Source: the human T2T-CHM13v2.0 reference genome, Homo sapiens. Taken from it: 64,000 bases of DNA. The position numbers and the translations under genes were made by a program. Shown here piece by piece: positions 34,853-47,469 of the stretch. A model generated the notes under the pieces. It saw only the letters and a list, made by a program, of their open reading frames with translations, searched no databases and had not been told where the DNA came from. The stretch lies in assembly GCF_009914755.1 (NCBI RefSeq), contig NC_060935.1; one strand, written 5' to 3'. How positions within the stretch are numbered: position 1 is the first letter of the stretch; each line of letters begins with the position of its first letter.

Positions 34853-34854
34853 TA

Positions 34855-35172
34855 CATTTAGCCTTCTATATCCACCAGTTCCACATCTGTAGATTCAACC
34901 AACGATGGATTAAAAATACTCAGGAAAAAAGTAATACAACAATAAAAATAATACAGTTTTTTAAACAATACAGTATAACAACTATTTACACAGCATTTAT
35001 GCCTGATTAGGTATTGTAAGCAATCTAGAGATGATTTAAAGTATACGGGAGAATGTGCGTAGGTTATATGCAAATACGATGCCATTTTATATAAGGGACT
35101 TGAGCATCCTTGGATTTTCCTATCTGTGAAGGGTCCTGAAACCAATTCCTTGTGGATAACAAGGGACAATAG
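34855..35172 (-). mobile_element. MER2 (Tigger-family non-autonomous element)
   Basis: tctagagatgatttaaagtatacggg...gccattttatataagggacttgagcatcc, flanked by TA at 34853-54 and 35173-74. Confidence 0.85.
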
Positions 35173-36336
35173 TACTCTCTTGGGTCTCCCTCACCATAAT
35201 TGTGAATTGGACCTACCATTTACACACACTGATAAAGCTTATCTAATTGGGTCTTTCCTCAAATATCATCATCCCAGGCTCATTGAAGACTGAGAACAAT
35301 CCTATGTCCTTATTAAAGGGAACTATGAATTTTAGATTTTTCCAGTAAACCAAGCATTAAATTCTGAACTCTAACAAGAAAAAAAAAATGCCTCTATATG
35401 CATTGCTAACTGTGCAAATTCACAAGCAACCTCTGCAGGTGTTTCCCAAATGTGGTCACAAAACACCCAGTACACCCTGGCTTACATCCTCTGAAATCAA
35501 AGAACATCAGATGCAATATATTCTGCATCCTATATCCCAGTGTTTTTGTTTTTTTAAGCAGAAAGAAAAAAAAGCTGTGGTCCCTCTGGTCATCTAAGTC
35601 CCTACTGGACTGCATATAGGAGTCAGAGCAATGCATGGTTATGCAGGTGAAAATAGAACAAGGACTTCCCAATAAACAGAAGAAGAGTGAGATAGCTGTT
35701 AGGACCAGAAGAGCCCTATCTGGAGCAGAGGCCAGCCTTGCCACCTGTTACCCCATCACAGTGTTGCACCCCAAGGAAGCCTGTGGCCTTTCTCTCCCTG
35801 ATATGCTGAGCTGCTTCTCCTTTTGCAACCCAAGGGCAGGCCACTCTAGGGGCTCAAGGTCTCTATACTTAAGGAATTCCACTCCCAGATGTTCTCTGTC
35901 CTCTAGGAATTCAGAAATTCAGAGTCTAGGAATTCCCTTTCTTAAAGACCTGAAAAGATTCCCTGAGGTGGCTCAGAGCTGGGGGGCCTGTTTTCAGCCT
36001 TGGAAATGCTGGTGCATTTCTCTTGCTATCCTGGCCAGGCCAGTCTTGAGTTCTAGCTGGAATGTCTCCTAATTCCTTAACAGATGTTTTCAAACTATTT
36101 TTAAATTACACACATTTTCAGGAGACAGTATCCTGTGCTTTTTCTTGAATGAGTGACTTAATTATCCTAACTAGTTGCTCCCCAGATATCATATTAATGA
36201 CAGTCCTCCAACTCCAGTCCACAGGCAGGTAAAGGAGTTCAGCATACCATAGTCCATGAAAACTCACAGTGATATAACTGCCCACCTAAATCTATACGTA
36301 TCCTCACAGTACTCCTGCTTCTCATGGTCTGTCCAG

Positions 36337-36508
36337 ATCCCTATGTGAAAGTCTCGCTGATGTGTGATGGCAGACGACTGAAGAAGAGGAAAACATCCAC
36401 CAAGAGGAACACCTTGAATCCTGTTTACAACGAAGCCATAGTCTTTGATGTCCCTCCCGAGAACATTGACCAAATCCACTTGTCCATAGCAGTCATGGAC
36501 TATGACCG
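36337..36508 (+). CDS. SYT9: Synaptotagmin-9 coding exon, C2B core (probably exon 5)
   Basis: Acceptor ctgtccAG (36335-36) and donor CG|GTgaga (36509). 172 nt, phase 1 to 2. (D)[56 protein letters not shown](R) includes the polybasic strand and the DYD Ca2+ ligands. In frame with the previous exon. Confidence 0.97.
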
Positions 36509-37994
36509 GTGAGATACCTGGAACTCTTTTCCAGTGCAAGTTCACTGTGCCCAGGACTGGGAAGGCAGAGGGGGAGCAGCAGCCACAGATTCTTACCTGG
36601 TGTCCCAGGCTGCAGGAAATGAGTCAACTAGCAGTGCATGGGAAGCACATTGACAGGAGTCACCTCTAAACCATGCTGTAGAGTCAGACTACCAAAGTGT
36701 CTCTCAGCACTCCCATTCTTTTCTGCCCCGTTCTCATTTTTTTTCCTATTCCTACATCCTCCCCCAACCTCCACCTCTTCCCCTTTTCATCTTTGCACAA
36801 CTCCTAGAATCTCAGCTTGGAGAGCTGTGGCCCCACAGGTTTTATCTTCTGTCAGGCAGTGCTAACTGCCCTTCATTGGAAGGATTCCACTCAAAATGGC
36901 AGAATGATTACTTTCGCCAGACCATCAACATTTCCAAATACATAACTTCAATCTTTTTCCTTCTCACAAGTATTTAATAAAGATTGTTTCCTTCTACTTA
37001 AGTCTGAAAACAAACACAGAAATGTTCTCCTGAAAGTGCTAGAATCAGTATGGATGACAAGGTACATTAAAATGTATAAGATGCTCAACTTTTTAATTAA
37101 TACAGCACAGAAGAGATATTTATAGCCTGCATTGTAGCCAATTGTGTATTTAAAGGACAGATTTGAAAAACAGTCATTTTAATATGCAAAGGAAGTACCA
37201 ACAGGGAATTATACATGTTAAACCAGTCATTAGACTAAAATGCAAAGTCTCTCTTTAATTGGAAACCTCCCACGTGGTCTGGACACAATTATTAAAAAAA
37301 ATATTCTGACTTCTAATATTATTTGTGACTAAGAATTTTCCCACATACCTCTGAAATATCAGGAAGGCAGCTTCAGTGACCTGAACACTCTTTCCAGCAG
37401 ATGCCTGCGTGAAGCATGACAGTCTTCCAACCCAAGGAGCACGTGGGTTGGCTCAGCTGCCCATGAGTGTGACAGCCCATGCTGAGCAGTAGACCTTGTC
37501 CCATCTCCTGTGGGCAAGAAACAACACCAACAGTGTCAGGCCCCAGTAGGGGACATTGCCCACCAACTGTGGAAGCCTAGGCCAGCAATTTTTAAGCTAT
37601 TGCCAAGTTTCCTGCATGGACAAATCTGATTATGTGAGCTCTGCCTTAATTTAATTCTCAGTAAACTCATGAATCTGGCCTGGAAAAATTCATGGCAGAA
37701 TTCATGGGGCTTCTGCATGCATTTGATTTTAATGGGCAGAGACTCAAATATCCTTCACGTGACCTCCCCACCCTCATCTCACCTTTATGCTCCATACACA
37801 AATAGGAGAAAAATCACTCATCTTTGCAGGAGGGAAAAAAAAAAGAGAAAGTATGTGAGTTTGGATCCCATAGAATTAAAGAATTGGCCATATCAGTCCA
37901 GTTATACCAGGGACTTTTTAAAAAACTGCTAGAGAAAACAAAAATGTCTCAAGGCGGGGACCTACCTAGGGAGAGTTTCAGAAATATTAGCCTT

Positions 37995-38283
37995 GGCCGG
38001 GCATGGTATCTCACACCTGTAATCCCAGCACTTTGGGAGGCTGAGGCAGGTGGATCACTTGAGGTTAGGAGTTCGAGACCAGCCTGGCCAACGTGGTGAA
38101 ACCCCGCCTCAACTAAAAATACAAAAATTGGCCAGGCATGGTGGCATGCACCTGTAATCCCAGCTACTTGGAAGCTGAGACAGGAAAATTGCTTGAACCC
38201 GGGAGCTGGAGGTTGCAGTGAGCCGAGATCATGCCACTGCACTCCAGCGTGGGTGACAGAGTGAGACTCCATTTCAAAAAAAA
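37995..38283 (+). mobile_element. AluS (Sx/Sz-like)
   Basis: Full dimer with 14-bp TSD agaaatattagcct at 37980-37993 and 38284-38297. Confidence 0.95.
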
Positions 38284-38762
38284 AGAAATATTAGCCTCAA
38301 GGTCAAAGGAGCTATGTATCTTTCTATAGTTGGGAAACTAACTGGGCCAAAGAAGCTGAACTTAGAAGAAAGGAGGGACAAGTATAAGACAATAACAGTA
38401 TTCTCTAAAGAGAGGAAGCAGGAAGATCCATAAGCCTCCTTCACTTACCTTAGTTTGTGGGCTGAAGACCCATGGCTGCCAGACACAAAACTGCTCCCTC
38501 ACCCATGCTTGGTTGCCTCTTGTGGGAATTAGAGCAGCCATTATTGCAAGAAACTCATTTCAGATGACTCCCTCTTTATTACATGGAGGCCAGCCTAGAT
38601 CCAGGACGAGAGGTGGCATCCTTAGCACAAATCGTGGGGTTCTTTGAACAAGGTTCTTGGAAACAAGTTGACCCATGTCAGTTTTAGGACAGCCAGGGTA
38701 TACGTTAGATCCCAAGTCCTATTGGCCGTGAAGCTTAGCCTGTAGTTTTAAGTGAGGAAATG

Positions 38763-38791
38763 AAAAAACAAACAAACAAACAAACAAAAAA
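38763..38791. repeat. (AAAC)n tract
   Basis: Read directly, ~95 nt upstream of the third exon acceptor. Confidence 0.9.
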
Positions 38792-38885
38792 CCACATCCC
38801 CAATTCCTTCATCAGTTTAATTGAGTAGCTATTGATCTTACATACCAAAATTTTAAGAAAAAACTATTGTGGGCCATTTTCACAG

Positions 38886-39015
38886 TGTAGGTCACAATGA
38901 GATCATCGGCGTGTGTCAAGTAGGCAACGAGGCTGAGAGGCTGGGCAGAGACCACTGGAGTGAAATGTTGTCATATCCTCGGAAGCCCATTGCACACTGG
39001 CATTCCCTGGTGGAG
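38886..39015 (+). CDS. SYT9: Synaptotagmin-9 coding exon, end of C2B and WHxL motif (probably exon 6)
   Basis: Acceptor ttttcacAG (38884-85) and donor GAG|GTaaga (39016). 130 nt, phase 2 to 0. (R)[43 protein letters not shown]. Not in the ORF track. No stop codon, so a further exon is needed downstream. Confidence 0.96.
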
Positions 39016-39431
39016 GTAAGACCCTAATCCACATGCTCCACTTTGCATAAGAGTAAATGCTTTACTGTTGAAATGCAGGAGCTGCCAAACATATGAGTGC
39101 ACCAGGATCTATGGTCATAGACGGGTTTTCCTGGTTGCATTTCCTGGGGCTGTTGGGACTTGCATTCAATTTGAGGCTGAATCTGTGCTTCCCACCAGTC
39201 TGGTAGGTTTTGAGTATTGATCAGAGATCATCCCTCATTTTGATTGTATTTTTAAAAGATCAAGATTCTCTGCTTCTGTGTTAAGGCTTTGGGTTGGTAC
39301 TTGGAGGGCATCTGCAAGGTGTGGGTGAGTGGGGACTTTCAGGCCTTCGTACAGTGACTTGAGACTGACTTTGGAAAAAACATAAGGCCTTGATTCTAAG
39401 ACCAGCTCTGGCACCAACCTGTGATTCTGGG

Positions 39432-39960
39432 CAAGTGGGTTAGTATCAGGTTCAACTACATATAATAAAAACCAAAACAACCAATTATAAATTAAAAACA
39501 AATGAAATGAGAATTTATTTCTCTCTCTTATATACAAAAAGTCTAGAGGAAGGCAGTCTGGAGTATCTTAGCAGCTCCATGATCAACAAGAGACCTAGAC
39601 TTCTGTCTTTCTGCCTCACAGTCCCAGTGTGGCTTTGTTCCTTGAAGTCCCCTCATTATACAATATGGCTGCTAAGCTCCAACCATTGCATATTTTCTAG
39701 GCCACAAAAATGTGCAAAAGGGCAAGAGCCAAAAGGGCACACATTCCCTTTTTGATTCTCTTTGAATTCTCATGCAAGACTGCTATTTACATTTAATTTA
39801 GTCACAAAACTTAGTCACGTGGACATGTCAAGTTGCAGGGGATAGTTGGAAATGTAACCTTTTTGTTGGGTGTCAATGTGTCCAACTAAAAACCAGGGTT
39901 CTGTTTGCAGAGAAGAGGAAAGTGAAAACCTGGAGTCAACCGGCCATCATTCTGCCACTC
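39432..39960 (-). mobile_element. MLT1 (J/K/L-type) MaLR LTR
   Basis: aatatggctgct, acttagtcacgtggac...gttgcagggga and terminal ctgccac motifs. Confidence 0.65.
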
Positions 39961-40039
39961 ACATCCTCATTCATTCACTCCCTCCCCCTTTACTTCTCAT
40001 TCATTCTTCCCCTACTTATCTTTGCTCATTGATTCACTC

Positions 40040-40320
40040 TCTTATTTATTCACTAACTTGTTCTCTCAAAAATAATTTGCACTCCCTAAGTAACATGTCT
40101 GAGGGTCCAATGCTATAATAGCTACAGAAAATACAGATATGAATAAGAAACAGTCCTTTCCCTTGTAGAACTTACAGACTGTAAAATAAACAAAAGATGA
40201 CATGTAAACTAATCTTCGAGAGGCACAAATACAAGCATTTCCATCCATATAAAGTGCTACAAAAGCGCAAAGGAGAGAGATGTTTACTGTGCTTAGAGGA
40301 GATTGTGAAGCATCTCTCCT
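40040..40320 (-). mobile_element. L2 fragment
   Basis: atgaataagaaacagtcctttcccttgtagaacttacag antisense L2 3' region. Confidence 0.55.
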
Positions 40321-41764
40321 TCATGCTCTCAATAAGTAAAGAGAACTGAGCCCCCGGGAACTGGAAAGCCAGGAGGGCAGCAGCAGTTATTTACTGAGGA
40401 TGCGTGGGTTCCAGGCAGAGAGCTTTCCTCTGTTCTCCTGGTGCAGGAAGCTCTCTTCCATGCAAAGCCATCTGAGAGGCCAAGACTAGAGCCTCACCCA
40501 GTGTGGGCACCCCTGCCATTGATAGTCAGGTGAGTCTGGTTGAAGTGAACACAGGGCGGCTGTGGAGAGGCAGAGAGGCAGAGAGGCCCCAAACCCAGAC
40601 AGGGACATCTTTGTTGGAAGTGGGGCAGGAAGGAGAAGGCAGGACAGGGTTTATGGATTCTAACCATCAGGGCACCCAGATGTATTCAAGAAGAGCCTAG
40701 GACCCCCTAATTTGCGGGTTCTTAAGGATAGTTCTGCCCGTGGGCCATAGGAGCAAAATTGATCCCTAAGGGAGACCCACAGGATCTATGAGCCACTTGA
40801 GAAGGAGCTGGAGACTGGTGCTCACTGAACTATACCTCACTTCTTCAGCTCCTGGTGGAATTCTCAAAGGAGTCCATCTGTGGGCTCATTAGATTTTGGG
40901 GGCCTGTCACTAGCAGTGGCATTTAGAAGAGTTGTAATAGACTTTTTGCACCCTTATGAGCCATTGCTGACTTTAATTCTTATTGGTAATTAGGAGTATC
41001 AGAGAGTGTTAAAGCTCTGTGCTTCTCAGGAAACAAGAAATGAGAAAGGAGTAAGGATGAGGTGTGTGGTGTAGGGCTGAGAGGTGAGCCCTGATTCATG
41101 CACAAGCAGTTTTTTTTCAGTGACCTGGGCAGGGGAGTAGTCCTGGGTGGAGTGTTGCACACGGGTCCCTGAGTGGCAGTATATGCACGTGTTACACAAA
41201 GGAGAGTGCAGGGAGCAGGCCTTGGAGGCCTTTTCCTTCACTGTGGAGAAAAAGTGTGATATAAATTCATTCACCTGAGAGATATTCCTCAAACCCCAAA
41301 CACTCAGCTTTTTGGAAATCTGTGCTCCACAGTTATGTAACTGAAAAGTAAATGCCATTAGGGTTAAACCACTGAAACTTAGAAGTCATTTGTTACAGCG
41401 GCTAAAATTACTTTGGCCAATACAATGGTCATTTCTGAACTGTTACAGCAGAACTAAGGAAATGAAATGCCTGTGGGGCTTATATGAAGGGCAAGCCTTC
41501 ATATAAGCAGGGGGAGGGCAAACCTTCCTATAAGCAGAGGCAGAGGGAGGCTGCCTCTTCCCCGTTGCTTCCTGTCTCTTTGAAGTACACGTCTGGGACT
41601 CCAGATCCATCCTGAGAGAGGAAGTGATGCTTTTTCTTTTAAAAATGAACATTGAGCTGGCAGAATTGGGGCAATGGTACCAGATGAGATGAAAAACAGT
41701 ATTGGAGAGGTTGGCCATGCTTCGTTAGCAGCTGTAAGGATGGAGGAGGCAACAGGCAGACTGG

Positions 41765-42000
41765 CCAGAAACATTCACTTTGGAGTTGGAAGGACCTATA
41801 TTCGAATTGCTGTCCTGCCACTCACTAGATGTTTGTTTTTCCCCTTCTGAACCTCAGTGTTCTCATCTGTAAAGTGGCCATAACAGTGCTTGTCTCACAA
41901 GAGGGATGGTGAGGATTAAACAATCTATTTATATGAAATGCAGCATTGTAGCTGATGTATAATAAACACTCAGTAAAGTTTTCAGTTATAGTTGTTATTA
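41765..42000 (+). mobile_element. MIR SINE
   Basis: ctgaacctcagtgttctcatctgtaaagtgg...gtgaggattaaa. Confidence 0.8.
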
Positions 42001-45000
42001 TGTATGCCCCACATTCTGAGGGGCTGCTGTGTGTCCTTATGGGACTATGTCCTGTGAAGAAATATCATCCATGTGTGTCATGGAGAATAAGAGAAAGGCC
42101 GGGAATCCACCACTCCTGCACCCCAGTGAGCCATCATCTCAGAGTGGGGGGAAGGGGTCATCCAGTACTTGGCTAAACACAGATGCACATATTTAAGTTT
42201 TGTTTCTTTCCTCTTTTCCTTGGCCTTAAAGACAGGCTGCTGTTATGCTCTCTAAGAACCTTTTAAATGTCTTCTTTAAAACAAAAACCAGCAATTAAAT
42301 CTCAGTGCTCATGATAACAGAGTATGTGAGTGTGCACTCATGAGCATGTGTGTATGGAAGACAGAGAGAGAGGGAGAGAGAACGAAGATGGGGGCCCTGG
42401 GATTTAGCATGGAGGGAGGCTGGCCTGGCAGAAGCTCTTCACTGCTGAGGAATTGGTTAGGTCTAAACTCTGAGCCCTGCAGAGATCTGGCAGCCTGCTC
42501 AGGGTTGCATCCAATACACCCTGACCTTGCCAGGGCAGGTGGCAGATGGAATCTTCAAAGCCAGTGAGTTCAAAAATCCGTTTCTCTCGCAGGAATTCTG
42601 GATGAATTCACTGCACACTCAAAGGTCAGCCAGTAGGGCTCCCTTTACTCCCCATGATGCCAAAGGTTTGGAAAGCTGTGAAAACTCCCCCAAGCAGACT
42701 GCCTAGGGCTTAGGAATCGGAGCACCCCCTCCATAGGGCCTCAGATGACAGAGCTCTAAGAGCTCCCTTAGCACGGCACCCTCCTCCACCAATTCAAGAG
42801 AAGATGGTTTCGGCCTGGCCATATCACAACACCTTTCCTGCCTCCTGTATGTCAAGATGACCAACATCATAAGCCTCATGGAGAATAATAGGAAATAGTT
42901 CCAAGTTTTCATCGCTTCCCTGTGTAGTGCCATGTAACATCTGTTGTATGAATAAGTACTAATCTTGGTTTGGTGGGAAGACGAGACACAGACACTATCT
43001 GGTTAAATGAAATTTCACTTTTCTAAAAGAAGAAAGAGAATCCAATCAGAATATATAGTCAAGATCAGCACTATTATCCTATAGGCATAGGTGTAGGATT
43101 CCAAACACCAAAGTTCTACTCAAGGCGTGCCCCATTTTGGATGTCTGCCTCACTCCAAGCTCAACCTTTGTGCATACACGTACATACAGCTACAAAAGTT
43201 CTGCATGTCTGACTGTCTGCTGGGACCAGCTCATTGAGCCTCCTGCCCCTCTTCAACTCAGAATTACATAATGCCAAGTATAACCAGAAGGCAGTTATGG
43301 TACAATATGCCCAGACATAAACAGAGCCCTCATTTATCACCCTCAGCCTCTAGAAGGGTATAAACTTAGAGTCAAAGGACTACAGCAACTGTCAGTTACC
43401 CAGACTTGTAGTTACACAAGCAGCCCGTGTAAACCATCTCTAGATATTATCTGTCAAGTGTCCAGCAGGGCCTATCTGGAGTCTTGGAGATCCACATATT
43501 CCCAGGAGAATGTATCTGATTGCCCAAGATTTGATTAGGTGTCCATCCCGGTGCAATTTGCTGTAGGTCTGGGGTCATGAAAATGTGACCTGGACCTACC
43601 TCAGCAGGAGTTTTGGGAGTAGACTTCTTGAGAAGAGTCCGCACAGGACAGGGAGATTGTCTAAAATGAACATGAATGACTGTTTCCCAAAGGAATTTAA
43701 AGTGAGGAGTGAGAGGCTTTAGCACTGTGGCCAAATTGTTATTCACAACAGATTTAGGAAAGGAGCAATTCACCAGGAAAGATGGGAGTGGGGAGAGCAT
43801 GGGGTGACTGGGAAAAGCCACGTAGGAAATCAGGTTCCCATCAAGGGGATTTGGGTGTGTTGCAGGGCTTGGGTCTTGTTGAGAACCAGACTAGCAGGGA
43901 AGAACACTGAGACAAGAAAAAAAGAAAAGCATGGACTGAAACGTACAATAGGGAAAGTCCTAGAAAGTGCTGCTACTCAGCAAGCATTAAGGCCCCCAAG
44001 ACTGCAGGTCTTTGGAAACACCTGAATTCCAGACCCCTGTCAGTTGGTGGGGAACCAAGGCTGCCAATTCCATGCATTGCCCTCTGAAGGAGTGGCTTAT
44101 GGGCTAGGTAAATGAACATAGCAAAAGCCTAATACGTGTGTTAGGGGATGGCGAAAGAGAAGTGAGCAGTCAGGACGTGGAGGGCTACATGCTGCTGCAA
44201 TATCTTGCCCATATGATGAGGTGCTCCCCCCCAATATAGTCCAGCATCGTGTCTCATGTCTCAGTGTCTCTGAGAACAAAATTTTTGTTATGAATGAAAA
44301 CAGAAAAAACAAGAAACATTTAAATCACATTAAAATAGGGCAAGAAAACATAAATTTATTTATTATCTGAAAGGATACATACCATCTTGGTAAGAAACAG
44401 GAAGAGGTAAATGAACTTTATCTTGCTAATTAGTAGTTCTTGGTCTTTTCCAGGTTATGTCAGTCTCTTTGGGATAATTATTTTCTCCTCTTCCTAGGAG
44501 TCTCCTCTCTCCTTCCTTCCTCCCTCCCAGCTAGGTATAGGGAAGTACAAAGGCTACCTCGTGGCATTGGCTGGAACTGTGCATATTGTTCTGCTTGTCT
44601 TTGGGCATCAGACTTCATCATCACTACCTCTGCTGCTGAGGATCATGGCTGGTGTAACTGTGGGCTATAGTCTCAGCATAGAAACTTGGCCACCTTGAGG
44701 CTGATGAGACCCCACATCAGCTGTTGAAGTCCCTGTGGATCCCTGAGGGCAGGTAGCACCTCCCACTCAATGCTTGGCCTGGGAGCTTTTCTTTGCAGCC
44801 CTTAATACAGAGTCATTCCCCACTTGGTGGAATTCCCTGAAATTCTAACAACCAATACTCTCACATCCTTCAGGCATTTGGGCACACAAGGGAGCCACAG
44901 GAGACTCAGTGCCATCACAGGCACCTTCTTCATGCCTATAAAGTTACATGGTCATTTCTACATTGTTCCTCTAGCCTGTGTTGGCCCAGGGGTCACGTTT

Positions 45001-46987
45001 GCCTTAAGCTTCCCCCTCAATCCATCTAAACTTGGGGTTTCAAGCCTGAACGGTAAAGCCAGAACCTCTCCTCCTCTCTTCTCTGTATCTCTTCTGCCAA
45101 AGGGTCTCTGCTTCCTCTACCTGTCTGGTGGAAACAATATATATCTTAGCATGATTTCCCTCTACCTATGACTCACGCTCAGACCTCCAAGGTTTCCTCT
45201 CAGCATGTAAGGAAACATTTGGAATTTGGATCCCCTTTTTCTCAATAAGGCCTGGCTTTAAGATAAAGTTGCATGGTCATTTCTACATGTAACATGAAAT
45301 AAGATACTTATTTCATAGGAGACTAGCTGATCATTTACCTTGAGTTATCAGCCCTCAGCTTCCAAGAATATATGGCGTTTATTCAATGCATGCATTTTCT
45401 GATTTACAGACAATAAGAACATTATCTCTGTTACGTAGGTATTGAGTTAGCATTTGGTGAACAAATGAAAAAAAATGAATGAATGAGATATATATAGAAT
45501 GAATTGAGTTCCCTTCGTTCTAAAGTTCCAGAATTCCCATGCAGTGGAGTACACAGTAGAAGTCAGTTCAGACAAGGTGTAAAAAGGTATTGAGAATGGA
45601 TTTGTATTAGGCTGTTCAAATAGAGATGGCCCTTATTAAGCTCCAAGTTTTAATTACCTTTTCTCTATTTAGGAGAAGAACATGAAAAGGGACCAATTCC
45701 TCCCTTGGTTCCAATAAACTGCCACGTAATGACAATGGCTTTGCATTTTTGAATAATGAGAAATATTCAGAACTGAGGCCCCTTAGTGAATCATGAGGGT
45801 CCCCCTCTACTTGATGTAGGCAGCCAAGTCCTAGAGCACTCAATATGTCCTTTCATAAGAGAGAAGAAACACACAGAGATCCCAATGGTGAATGGCAGAC
45901 TGCTGTGCCCTAAGTGAAAACTGATCAGGAGGTGACAAGGACTTTAGCCCACAAGTTGACCTTTCTCACTAGGAATATATTTTAGCAGCAGTTTTACACA
46001 AGGTAATGCTTTGCCCCATCTACCTGTGAAGATAAAGAAGAGAAAAATAATAGGAATGGGGTATTTTTTGACAAAATGAAGAAATTATTCTTCAGATTTT
46101 GTTGTAAAAAATAAACTATTTTGAATGGTGAGATTTAGCATGCCAGCACGCATAAACACCTGCAGGGCCGCTGAAGCAAAACTGATTGCAGAGAACATAA
46201 AAATCTACTACAAGTTTAGGATCTGAAAAACATTAACAGACCTGTTAGAATTTGTGTCAATTGCTGTAAGTGGCCAGAATGCTGTTTGGACAAGCAGGCA
46301 CTGTTAGTATTAGTGGGGCATTGTGTTTCCAGCTGGTAGAGGTTATGGTTAACAAACAAAGCTAGGGCCATTCAGACCTTCCCAAGCAAATCTTCTTTCT
46401 TGTATTGAATTATCTGTAGAAAAAAAGAGAGAGAGACGGTAGGCATTTTCTCATCTTTGTCAGGGATGGGTGACTTTTGTGACTTTTCTGAAGGTTTGTA
46501 GAGATAGTAATCATACAAAACATAGGAGTACTTAGGGTAAACACTAGAGGTATAAAAGATAATGACAATGTGGTAGAAAATAACATTTCTGCCTGAACAG
46601 AAAGTCAACTGCATCTTGACTCTCCTGTCATTACAGATGACCTTGCTCCAGTAGTCACTGCCTTGGAGCATCCCTGCTGCACACTTGAATAGCTATTAAA
46701 TAGGAAGGTGGATGACAATGGGCTTGAGCCATCAGCTGTCTCCATCTCCAGGGATGGCATTCAGAGGTGATTGCTAACATGATAGGCCAGTTCTTTCCCC
46801 GCAGATGAAATGAACCAGAGTGGTTTATGCCACTCTCTGAAAGAAACACACTCCCTCCTGATAGTCTGGTGGGAGGAAGACTGTTCCCTCCTGGGGAATG
46901 GGGCCTGGGGCAAAGGCGGAGCACCCTGGCAGAGGACACTCAGGAAGCCCACTGCTCCTGGATATGAATCTTTCAGAAGATGCACTT

Positions 46988-47397
46988 GTCAAATGCTGTC
47001 TTCCAAACATCACCAGAACAACCTATTGATAAGACAAAGCTGAGTTTATTGCTTTCCCAGGTAATGGAAGGGGAAGGGCAGAGTCTCATTTGTTGAGACT
47101 TTGAAGTGTGGTTTAAGGTGGGTCTCTCCATGTGACGAGGGAGATGAAGTGGGGAGGTGGGGACCTTGGTTAGGTTTGGATCAGTGTCATGATATAATAG
47201 CTGAGGTGGAACAGCAAGTTGAGGATTTTGAGCCTGGGATTCAAAGAGTCTTGGGGTGTAAACTGTTGATGCTTTCTAAGGAATAGAAATTGGGAAGTCC
47301 CATGAGTGAATACTTAAGTTGTAGTAATGAAGACAATAGAATAGTACAGCCAAATTAATGGAGGGTCTGTGTTGGAATAGGTGGTTTTAGTACTCAC
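46988..47397 (-). mobile_element. Old ERV LTR (LTR78-like)
   Basis: TG...CA bounded, with caaagctgagtttattgc (antisense AATAAA). Resembles recalled LTR78 family. Confidence 0.4.
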
Positions 47398-47469
47398 ACT
47401 CCAGCAACAAAAAGCAGAAGGGAACCTCACAAAAGATCCTGCCCAGTCCTGTGGGCACCCATACACCGA

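Noticed and set aside
34422-39015. Assignment to SYT3, SYT6 or SYT10, or to a processed pseudogene
   Set aside because: Residues such as [18 protein letters not shown] and [12 protein letters not shown] fit recalled SYT9. Introns are present and the frame is intact.
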